DNA from: Promethearchaeota archaeon
GTDB taxonomy: Archaea; Asgardarchaeota; Lokiarchaeia; Sigyniarchaeales; SOKP01
Length of the DNA: 20,376 nucleotides
NCBI GenBank assembly: GCA_008080735.1
Contig: SHMW01000078.1
Location: 1 to 20,376 of the forward strand
Reading direction: 5' to 3'
A program made the position numbers and the translations under genes. This document shows, in pieces, positions 1 through 7,598 of this stretch. Below the pieces are notes generated by a model. That model was not told the DNA's origin and searched no databases. It saw nothing but the letters and a program-made list of their open reading frames with translations. Numbering within the stretch: the stretch's first letter is position 1; the number at the start of each line of letters is the position of its first letter.

Positions 1-309
1 AGATTTTAAACCATTTTAGCTTTCTTTTTCTTTTTTTATCTAATAAAATATATTATATTAAACCAAAAATGATTAAAGTGTCGCAAACTACTCAGAAGTT
101 TGAAATAATTAATAAGGAAGCATTTTTAAAAGGTGGTGTAGGACATATTTCAGTTGAAGTTCATATGAAATCAAATGTTACCTCACTAATGTTTGTGTTT
201 GATTTTACTCATAAATATCTTTGCTTTTTGGTTATAGAGCATTTAATAAAAATATTTATTAATACATGCATCAAATGTTTTCTATATAGCTTATTAAATG
301 GTGCTTTAA

Positions 310-1320
310 ATGTCAGACTACAATTTTGAAGAACGAATATCCTATAAAACCTTGATTATTCTACAGTTAATAATCATCATTACGGCGATTCTAGGCTTAG
401 GTCTTGTAAAATATGTCGATGCAGTATATATAGATAATAGTATTATCCAATCGATTTTTAAAGTGATTACCTATTTGGGAGATACTCTTGTTTTTATCGT
501 AATTATTGCCATAATATATATTGTATATGATAAGAAATATGCCAAGAATCTAACTTTCGCTCTGTTAACTACTGTCTATATCAATAGCTTTTTAAAGGAT
601 GTATTTATGGATCCAAGACCCGCGGAGAATTCTATACCTGGCGGATATCAAGAAACAAGCTATGGATTTCCTTCTGGTCATTCTCAGGGTTCATCAACGT
701 TCTGGGGTTATGTGGGATATGAGTTCAATGACAAACCAAAACCAAAGCTTATTCCGGTTATATTTTCAGGATTAATCTTTTTGGTTGTTCTCTCGAGACT
801 GATTTTGGGAGTACACGATGTACAAGATGTTACAGGCGGTTTAATTTTAGGAATCGGTGTATTACTCGCGTTTATATACTTAGAACCAATTGTCTCGAAA
901 AGGATAAATTCTCTTGAAATGCTTCAGAAAATCCTTATAGGTGTTGTTGCTTCCCTTGTGTTATTTATATTTGGAACTTTGCTATTTCCAACTTCAGGGG
1001 AGCAATTATTAGCTAGTCCAACACCTTTCGCTGATACTGGGGCATATGCGCAAGTCGGTGGCGTAATTTTAGGAATATCTGTTGGTTATGTATTGGAAAA
1101 CGAGTATGTCGATTATCAACCGTCCAGACTAGAGATGAAATGGAAAATTATTAACCTAATTATTGGATTAATTGTTGTATTCGTGATATATTTCGGGTTA
1201 GAATTTCTCAAAGATATTTTCAATTCAGTAATTTTTAGATACTTCCGCTATGCGATAATCGCTTTTATTCTTGTTCTCGTGGTGCCATGGATTTTTACAA
1301 AAATTAATCCAACGCAATAA
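310..1320 (+). CDS. PAP2-family integral membrane phosphatase
   Basis: All three PAP2 motifs are present: KDVFMDPRP, YGFPSGH and SRLILGVHDVQD. Multiple hydrophobic TM segments. Confidence 0.92.
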   Translation: MSDYNFEERISYKTLIILQLIIIITAILGLGLVKYVDAVYIDNSIIQSIFKVITYLGDTLVFIVIIAIIYIVYDKKYAKNLTFALLTTVYINSFLKDVFMDPRPAENSIPGGYQETSYGFPSGHSQGSSTFWGYVGYEFNDKPKPKLIPVIFSGLIFLVVLSRLILGVHDVQDVTGGLILGIGVLLAFIYLEPIVSKRINSLEMLQKILIGVVASLVLFIFGTLLFPTSGEQLLASPTPFADTGAYAQVGGVILGISVGYVLENEYVDYQPSRLEMKWKIINLIIGLIVVFVIYFGLEFLKDIFNSVIFRYFRYAIIAFILVLVVPWIFTKINPTQ

Positions 1321-1330
1321 TAATATTTAA

Positions 1331-1350
1331 TTTCCTTTTTTTTATTCTCT
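1331..1350 (+). terminator. oligo-T archaeal terminator candidate
   Basis: TTTCCTTTTTTTTATTCTCT directly after the tandem TAA stops of the PAP2 gene. Confidence 0.5.
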
Positions 1351-1409
1351 TAAAATAAGCAAGGACTAAATCAGAGAACGAAAGCTCTCACAAAAAATAA
1401 TACGCGTAT

Positions 1410-1562
1410 TTAATAAGCAATTTCGGCTAAACTTAATTCCTTAAAAAGAACTCTTTTCACCATGCGTTTATCTTTCTCTCTTACCTTTTCGTGAGGTATA
1501 ATAACATTATTGATATAAATGTCATCACGAGTCTGATGCGGTTGGACCATTTCTAACATCAT
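1410..1562 (-). CDS. small hypothetical protein (50 aa), below ORF-track cutoff
   Basis: Manual translation gives MMLEMVQPHQTRDDIYINNVIIPHEKVREKDKRMVKRVLFKELSLAEIAY*. It fills an otherwise empty 470-bp gap and has protein-like composition. Confidence 0.55.
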   Translation of the reverse strand: MMLEMVQPHQTRDDIYINNVIIPHEKVREKDKRMVKRVLFKELSLAEIAY

Positions 1563-1792
1563 TTTAATCCCATTCAGCACTATTGTTGATCTTCCTTACT
1601 CTCTAATTAATTACTTTTTTAATAAGATTTTCCTTTTTCTCAAATTACAGATCCGAACTATTTTCTTTTCTAAATAAGGCTCAATCTCAATTATATATTT
1701 TTTTAAAAACCTAATTAAATCTGAATGTCAATCGATTAACAAGTAAACCGACGAAAAGAATTTATGAGAACCTATTATACGACATTATTTGT

Positions 1793-2746
1793 TCAATATT
1801 TTCCTTTTTGAATTTCTGACTTTAATTTTTCTAAAAATCCGCAATTTATTGTGCCATTTTTTACAATATTTTCATATTTAAATCCCGCTCGATCTCTATG
1901 GCCTCCACCATTGAAAGTTCTTGCGAGATCTCGACAATTAATCGCATCACTATAGACTACTAACTCATTATACCGAGTATCAATTCCGATATAGGCTTTT
2001 TTATCGGGGTTTTGTTTTTTTAAGACTTTAGCAATCCTCCCTGCTCCAATTTTAGCATGAGAAACTAATACTTCTCCTATATTTTCAATTACTATCGATC
2101 TTTTATTGCTTTCAGCTCTTTTATATTGGGTTTGTTCCCATCTGCGTAATTTGTTTGTTTGATCCGTAAACCATTCATTTTCAAACTTACCTTCAGAGAG
2201 CAAGTTCACAATCCTTTTTTTATTTTTATTGTATTTCTGTCCTCGATTGTAAGAGATAATTGATTGAATTTGACTGGCAATTGTATAGTTATTATCCCCA
2301 AAATCAGTGTCATGAGCAAACTTTGCAATTCTCTGAGCGATTGTATCATCGGGTAAATAATAATCTTTCACAATTTCTGCCGAACATTTCTGATCATCAT
2401 TTAAATATATTTCCAGAAGACCTCTCAGTCTTTTAACAATGGAATTTTCTACAATATGGTGATCAAACCAATAGATTTTGCATCCTGAATTCATAGATTC
2501 TTCAAATAAAGAAAAAAGTTCAATAAAGCTTTCATTAAAACCGATATCAGTTATTATAAAAATATCTGGTTTATTGCTAATATCCAATATCTCTTTTATT
2601 TTCTGTTTAAAATTAGTATAGTGGGCATAAAAAAGATGGATATCTTCCTTGTTTATATTCTCTTTTATATTAAAGTATCTTTTGATTATTGCTTGGCTCC
2701 CTATTCCGTCAAGATCCACTTCATGAGTCAATGAGGTAATTTTCAT
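1793..2746 (-). CDS. DHH/DHHA1 family phosphoesterase (nanoRNase/NrnA-B-like)
   Basis: Motifs THEVDLDG, ITD, FDHH and the C-terminal DHHA1 GGGH. Confidence 0.9.
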   Translation of the reverse strand: MKITSLTHEVDLDGIGSQAIIKRYFNIKENINKEDIHLFYAHYTNFKQKIKEILDISNKPDIFIITDIGFNESFIELFSLFEESMNSGCKIYWFDHHIVENSIVKRLRGLLEIYLNDDQKCSAEIVKDYYLPDDTIAQRIAKFAHDTDFGDNNYTIASQIQSIISYNRGQKYNKNKKRIVNLLSEGKFENEWFTDQTNKLRRWEQTQYKRAESNKRSIVIENIGEVLVSHAKIGAGRIAKVLKKQNPDKKAYIGIDTRYNELVVYSDAINCRDLARTFNGGGHRDRAGFKYENIVKNGTINCGFLEKLKSEIQKGKY

Positions 2747-2792
2747 AGAGTGCGGTCATATATTATGATTTTATAAAGTTGGGCTTGCTTTT

Positions 2793-3248
2793 TTAACATA
2801 ATTCCAATAAAGCCTCAATTTTTTCTTTGCCTTCTGGACTCTTAACCTCTTCAAGAATGTTCCTTGCTAATTCCTTTTTCTTTTTAAAATAATGTTTTAA
2901 GCGCTCTTCGGGGCTCATATCCGGATATCTCCGTTTTAACGCCAGATCCCTTCTGGGACAACCCCCGCGTCGCATGCAACAATATGAGATTGATCCAAAA
3001 CAGACGATATCGGAATCCCAATTATGCTCTTCAGAAAAATTTTCTTTAATCTTAATAAACTGTTGATGAGACATTCCTAACTCAGATAAAACTTGGTCTC
3101 TTTTACATTTAAAACCAAATGTGAGTGAATAACCAGGTTTACAACAAAATGTTAATGCTCTATAATCGCCACCCATACAAATAGGTACGGGGGCATGATT
3201 TTCCCAACCAGGTAAATCTCGAAGCTTATCCTCTTCCAATTCAAGCAT
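2793..3248 (-). CDS. methanogenesis marker 9 domain (Cys-rich, COG4008-like) protein
   Basis: WENHAPVPICMGGDYRALTFCC...C...CFGSISYCC....CPRRD matches the remembered marker-9 pattern with 8 core Cys. Confidence 0.8.
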   Translation of the reverse strand: MLELEEDKLRDLPGWENHAPVPICMGGDYRALTFCCKPGYSLTFGFKCKRDQVLSELGMSHQQFIKIKENFSEEHNWDSDIVCFGSISYCCMRRGGCPRRDLALKRRYPDMSPEERLKHYFKKKKELARNILEEVKSPEGKEKIEALLELC

Positions 3249-3439
3249 CTTTCTTTAAAAATAACATGTACATTAAAAATCTATTAATATGGATTAATGA
3301 ATTATTTGATTTTAATTTTCCACTTAGCTTATATTTTTTCCCATCGGATTAACGAAAAGCTCTTTTCTATTTATTTTGAGCCTTGAATTAAAAACAGATA
3401 TATTTTCTTAAAAGTGAAAAGAAAGGGCCCGGGGCGGGA

Positions 3440-3468
3440 TTATCGATGAGGAGTCAATCTCAATCATT
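3440..3468 (-). other. tRNA intron 2 (29 nt) at T-loop position 59/60
   Basis: BHB-like: outer helix is the T-stem, central helix TTCG/CGAT (one U-U), bulges AT^A and AA^T, inner helix ATGA/TCAT. Removal restores a 7-nt T-loop. Confidence 0.8.
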
Positions 3469-3504
3469 ATCGAACCCGCCTCTAAGGATTCACAGTCCCC
3501 AATA

Positions 3505-3539
3505 GTGGCCATTATGGGGAGAAAAGAACCCCCAAAATT
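3505..3539 (-). other. tRNA intron 1 (35 nt) at D-arm position 22/23
   Basis: 4-bp helix GGTT/GGCC flanked by 3-nt bulges AG^A and AC^T, with an intron hairpin containing TGGGG/CCCCA. Removal restores the D-stem. Confidence 0.82.
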
Positions 3540-3570
3540 CTAACCGCTATACTACCCGGGCCATAATAAT

Positions 3571-3584
3571 ATATATTTAAAAAC
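3571..3584 (-). promoter_or_regulatory. TATA-box candidate for tRNA-His
   Basis: TTTTTAAATATATAT on the minus strand, about 10-20 nt upstream of G-1. Confidence 0.45.
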
Positions 3585-3691
3585 ATTGACTAAGTAAGGA
3601 AAATAATACAAGTTCTTAAAAAAGTTTTATCGATTGAAAACTACTTAAGTCATTGGTTTTAATCCGAATCGTGAAAATTAGAAAGATTTAA

Positions 3692-4231
3692 TTAAAGTCT
3701 TCTTTCATCTCTGACAATAAATCTTTGGAAAGCCTCATTATCATCATCAATAAACTCCCAAAAATCCTCGTATATCTGTTCAAGACTTTTATTTTTTTGC
3801 GTACAAAGAGAGTCCGCACTAAATTCTGAATGATGCTTTAATTGAGAATCATTATCTTCTATTTTTGAAGCTGACTCTTCAGGATCATATTTGAGATAAT
3901 TTCCCTCACAAATTAAGTTCTTTATGAGATGCTCATCATCTGGCCCTTCTTTTTTATTATCCTCCTGCTCTTTAGTTATCGACTTTATCTCAAAATCGAC
4001 CTTTTGGTATCCTCGTATTTTAAAATGCTTATCAATAAAGGCTTGAAATGCATGTTCACAGATTAATCCTTTATGAACTGATATCGTGGAAAGCCCTTTC
4101 TTTTGGTCAAAAATCGTTTTGGGAAACTCAATAGTCTTTTTCTTATTACAATTAGGACAGATTAAAGTGACGCTCACAGGACTCTCAAAAGAGGGTTGAG
4201 TTTGAGAATGCTCAATATTATTAATCATCAT
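3692..4231 (-). CDS. hypothetical protein with N-terminal putative Zn-binding module (paralog of 11012..11866)
   Basis: CPNC...ICEH...IRGYQKVDF, then a low-complexity linker and an acidic/aromatic C-terminal segment IYEDFWEFIDDDN. Confidence 0.8.
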   Translation of the reverse strand: MMINNIEHSQTQPSFESPVSVTLICPNCNKKKTIEFPKTIFDQKKGLSTISVHKGLICEHAFQAFIDKHFKIRGYQKVDFEIKSITKEQEDNKKEGPDDEHLIKNLICEGNYLKYDPEESASKIEDNDSQLKHHSEFSADSLCTQKNKSLEQIYEDFWEFIDDDNEAFQRFIVRDERRL

Positions 4232-4293
4232 TGAACTTAAAATATAATGTAAAAATATTCATAAAAACCCCTTGGAAAAGGAAAAAAATACCT

Positions 4294-4854
4294 TTACTCG
4301 ATGTGAGTTCTAATATATTGTAAAAAGTTTTGGACAGCATCTTCTAAGGATCCCGTATTGTCAATAATATAATCCGCATCGGGAAAATCTTGATATAATT
4401 TGGCTCTTTCAATCCGTTCTTCCAGTCGTTTTCCGTGCTCCCTTCCTCTCTCTTTTATCCGTTCGATAGTCGTTTCTAACGGCACTCTGATAAATATTAC
4501 TTTGAGATTTTTGTAAAGTTTTCTGGCATCGGGAATTATAGTTCTACTTACGTTGACGACAATAGGGTGTCCCTCTGAAAGGAGACTATCAATTTTTATG
4601 GGAACTCCATAATTAAGACCATAAATATGCCATTTTAATGCAAATTTCCCCTCTTTTGCGAGTTCATTAAATTCTTTCTGAGTTACTGGTATGTTTTCTT
4701 CAGTTTCAGAAGGTGGTCTGGTAATATACCGTCTTGGGGTGTAAATTTTCTTTAGGTTCGAAGGATATTGTTCCATCGCTCCAGATATAATGGAATCTTT
4801 TCCAGAACCCGAATTTCCCACGACTAAAAATAACGTACCTGGATAATCTTTCAT
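4294..4854 (-). CDS. phnN: ribose 1,5-bisphosphate phosphokinase PhnN (guanylate kinase-like)
   Basis: P-loop VVGNSGSGKDS plus PhnN-typical RRYITRP, FALKWHIYGLNYGVP, VNVSR, RGRE and IDNTGSL. Confidence 0.85.
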   Translation of the reverse strand: MKDYPGTLFLVVGNSGSGKDSIISGAMEQYPSNLKKIYTPRRYITRPPSETEENIPVTQKEFNELAKEGKFALKWHIYGLNYGVPIKIDSLLSEGHPIVVNVSRTIIPDARKLYKNLKVIFIRVPLETTIERIKERGREHGKRLEERIERAKLYQDFPDADYIIDNTGSLEDAVQNFLQYIRTHIE

Positions 4855-4915
4855 TCAAATCATCACAGTAAAAAAAAAAGCATAATTAAAAAAAATATTG
4901 AGTTTAGGTGTTAAA

Positions 4916-5656
4916 TTATTTCTCAATTGCTCCCAGCAGTTCCGCCAATCTATCTGGTAAAAGAAAACCTAAGTAATAAAATATAGCACTTAAGATGAGA
5001 ATGCTACGTACTATTACAACAGTGATCTCATCCATTGGAATTAATGCATCAAAAAGTGCTCCCACAATAAATAAAGTAAATGCAATAACTAAGAATCGTC
5101 CTTTCCACTTCACTTTCTTGTCCGTTGCTTTCAATGATTTATATGAAAACATATATCCTGTAATAATAGTTATTAAAACGGATAATAATTGAAAAACAAG
5201 AGTGAGGATCCCGGGCGAATAATAAAATTCGTCTCGAATTTCACCAATGTATTCTGGGTATGAAGATGGATTAAGTAATAGTATGATCAAGATTACTTCA
5301 TAAATCGCAGAGATAACGAGGAACGGGATTGTGATTTTCTTTTCTGAATTGGGATAAATTATATGACTAAATGAATAGATCCAACACACAAGCGCTACGG
5401 GAATAAATAGATTTGCCAGAGAAAAGAACAATAATTCTTCAAATTCATAGTTTGCTATGAGAATTGAGAGAAATGAGAATGAGCTCCCCCACCATGCACT
5501 CGACAAAAAAATCCATGCTAAACCGACAGTTATGATCTCCTTTCTTTTAAGCGTTTTATATTTCGTGAGGAGGCGTATGCCGATTATAATTGAGAGAAGG
5601 ACAAATGTTAACGTCGTTATACCGTGAATATAATCAAATAAATTTAGGTTTGCCAT
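4916..5656 (-). CDS. 7-TM membrane protein of unknown function
   Basis: Seven hydrophobic segments. The ATG at 5656 is preceded by a GGTGA SD, so it is preferred over the GTG at 5665. Confidence 0.8.
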   Translation of the reverse strand: MANLNLFDYIHGITTLTFVLLSIIIGIRLLTKYKTLKRKEIITVGLAWIFLSSAWWGSSFSFLSILIANYEFEELLFFSLANLFIPVALVCWIYSFSHIIYPNSEKKITIPFLVISAIYEVILIILLLNPSSYPEYIGEIRDEFYYSPGILTLVFQLLSVLITIITGYMFSYKSLKATDKKVKWKGRFLVIAFTLFIVGALFDALIPMDEITVVIVRSILILSAIFYYLGFLLPDRLAELLGAIEK

Positions 5657-5856
5657 AAAATTCACCGATAATGTATTAATCTATAATTTTAATTTATTTT
5701 AATTTCATCATTGAACTTAATAAATGCATCATAAAAAACATTATTTCAGCATATCGAATTCAATCGACTTTCTCGGAATGAATTTTTATAAATGCGAAAG
5801 CTTAAAAATAAAAATTTTGAATACATATTACATAATACACAATATAAATTATTGCT

Positions 5857-6279
5857 ATGAGTAATCAACAGCGTCTTTCTGACATCCCCGAGTCTTATCA
5901 ACGATATTTGGATGAAATTTATTCTATCGCGAGTAAGAAAAGAGGCGGATGGGTGTCTAACAAAGAAATTGCCGAAAGTCTTAACGTAGAACCGGCATCC
6001 GTTTCTGGGATGTTAGAAAAATTAAGAGAATATGATCTTATTAAATGGGAGCCGAGAAAAGCAATACGGTTAACTTCAAAAGGTAAGAATATAGCTGAGC
6101 AATTAAAAGAAATCCATCAACTATTAAAATCCTTCTTCGAAAAAGTCTTAAAACTTGAAAATGAAGAAACCATCGAAGATTTAGCTTGTCAAATAGAACA
6201 TCACATTACGAAGGATGTCAAAAATTCCTTGAAGGATTTTTTAAATAATTATATAAAGAAAAATAAATTAGATGAATAA
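5857..6279 (+). CDS. DtxR/MntR family transcriptional regulator
   Basis: YLDEIY, HTH IAESLNVEPASVSGMLEKL, wing LTSKG and dimerisation motif ACQIEH. Confidence 0.92.
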   Translation: MSNQQRLSDIPESYQRYLDEIYSIASKKRGGWVSNKEIAESLNVEPASVSGMLEKLREYDLIKWEPRKAIRLTSKGKNIAEQLKEIHQLLKSFFEKVLKLENEETIEDLACQIEHHITKDVKNSLKDFLNNYIKKNKLDE

Positions 6280-6320
6280 AACGATTTTAAATATAATAAT
6301 CATTAAGCTAAGGATTCCAA

Positions 6321-7082
6321 ATGTCTGATGAATTAAAGAGAAAGATAGAAATTATCAATAAATATTTTGAAGGCTTTTCGAATTATATTGAATTACAAGA
6401 TCTAAGAGATTTTTTATTATTTACTCTGAACAGTCAAGTTTCTTCTAATATATTAGCGCAACTCGGCATGGGGGGTAAACAAGAGGTCATAAATCTACCC
6501 TTTAATCCCGCGTTCAACATTTATTACCAAAAAATTAATCTGATCTCTGCTGGAAATTTAATTGTATATTGTAAAAGAGAGTCAATTTCAGATAAATTTA
6601 TTATAGAGAAAGACGATCCAGTTTTAAATGATTACTTAAGTGAAATGGAAAAGGATTTGGCATTTAGGACTAGAGAAAAGTTTATTATCCCTAAGATAAG
6701 TGATTGTACACCCTTCCAAGAAGATGAGAATCAAGCATTAGCTCTAAAAATTGATGATCTCTATCATGACTTAAAAAGCTTCATGGCAGTTACCGAACCT
6801 AATATTCTTTTTGTGATAGATGGCCCTCAAGAGTCTGATCCTGACCTCTTATTTGCGTTTAATATGATGCCGGAAATGCCCGGTAAAACGGATAAAAAAG
6901 TTTTAAGAATGGATGTATATTTAGATCCAGAACATAAAACACGAGATACAAAATATTTAAAGCGTGAAGAGGACTATAAACTTACATTTTTACATGAGAT
7001 TAAAGAAATTGGGCATGCTGAATTGTTTAAATCCTCGTTCTCACTTATAATTCATATCAAATCATTCAAAAAGCCATTTTAA
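6321..7082 (+). CDS. hypothetical protein (253 aa)
   Basis: Long ORF with ATG start, 41 nt downstream of the DtxR gene on the same strand. No recognised motif. Confidence 0.8.
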   Translation: MSDELKRKIEIINKYFEGFSNYIELQDLRDFLLFTLNSQVSSNILAQLGMGGKQEVINLPFNPAFNIYYQKINLISAGNLIVYCKRESISDKFIIEKDDPVLNDYLSEMEKDLAFRTREKFIIPKISDCTPFQEDENQALALKIDDLYHDLKSFMAVTEPNILFVIDGPQESDPDLLFAFNMMPEMPGKTDKKVLRMDVYLDPEHKTRDTKYLKREEDYKLTFLHEIKEIGHAELFKSSFSLIIHIKSFKKPF

Positions 7083-7315
7083 TCTTTTATAACCCTCCCC
7101 AACCTTTTTCGAATAATATTTTTATTTATTAATCAGTTTCACGGTTATAAGTTTTCAAAAAATCGATAAATAGTTGATAGAAAGAACCTATTTAAACCAA
7201 TTATTCATCAATCATTAAGCCGTTAATGCTTAAGCGACTAATATCGTGGTTTTATAAGCAATCCGACAAAATATATAATCTATATAAAGAATGTATATTA
7301 TGACATGGATTAAAA

Positions 7316-7510
7316 ATGAGAATAATAACAATCAACCTTCCAGAAAAATACTTGGATGCTATTCAGATCTTAAACGACCTCGAAATATATCCATCTAGGT
7401 CTGAAGCAATTCGAATCGCTTTAGAAAACTTTCTTAAAGATGAACTTCGAATGTATGAAGATTTGGAAAGTGAGAAGTTTCAAATCCTTATTGAAAATAA
7501 ACAAAGCTAA
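7316..7510 (+). CDS. ribbon-helix-helix (CopG/NikR-N-like) DNA-binding protein
   Basis: MRIITINLP beta-ribbon followed by helices with YPSRSEAIR. Confidence 0.9.
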   Translation: MRIITINLPEKYLDAIQILNDLEIYPSRSEAIRIALENFLKDELRMYEDLESEKFQILIENKQS

Positions 7511-7575
7511 TTTTTTCTTTCTCTTATTTTTCTTTCTTTCTCTATTTTAATTCAACCCTCAACAAAAAAGAAAAA
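7510..7575. terminator. bidirectional oligo-T terminator region between convergent RHH and rubredoxin genes
   Basis: T-rich tract at 7511-7545 on + and A-tracts at about 7564-7576 (T-tracts on -). Confidence 0.5.
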
Positions 7576-7598
7576 AGGAAATATTTGCTGATGTAATT

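Larger units (their letters stand above)
3426..3562 (-). tRNA. tRNA-His(GUG) with encoded G-1 and two introns (3505-3539 and 3440-3468)
   Basis: The spliced sequence folds as a cloverleaf: acceptor GCCCGGG/CCCGGGC with G-1:C73, D-arm GTAT..GG..GTAT, anticodon loop CT-GTG-AA, T-arm GCGGG-TTCGATT-CCCGC. CCA is not encoded. Confidence 0.92.

Noticed and set aside
69-329. 86-aa ORF overlapping the PAP2 start
   Set aside because: No recognisable motif. It runs through the AT-rich promoter region and overlaps the PAP2 gene, so it is probably spurious.
3249-3430. tRNA 3' end as an integration site (att) for a mobile element
   Set aside because: No integrase, and no duplicate of the tRNA 3' end was seen in the window.
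3440-3471. Alternative BHB register for intron 2 using the perfect TCGA/TCGA helix
   Set aside because: Cleavage in that register would leave a 9-nt T-loop. The 59/60 register yields the canonical 7-nt loop.
5743-5760. Possible DtxR operator ATTTCAGCATATCGAATT in the divergent promoter
   Set aside because: Only about 5 of 9 positions are palindromic in AT-rich DNA, which is insufficient without comparative data.
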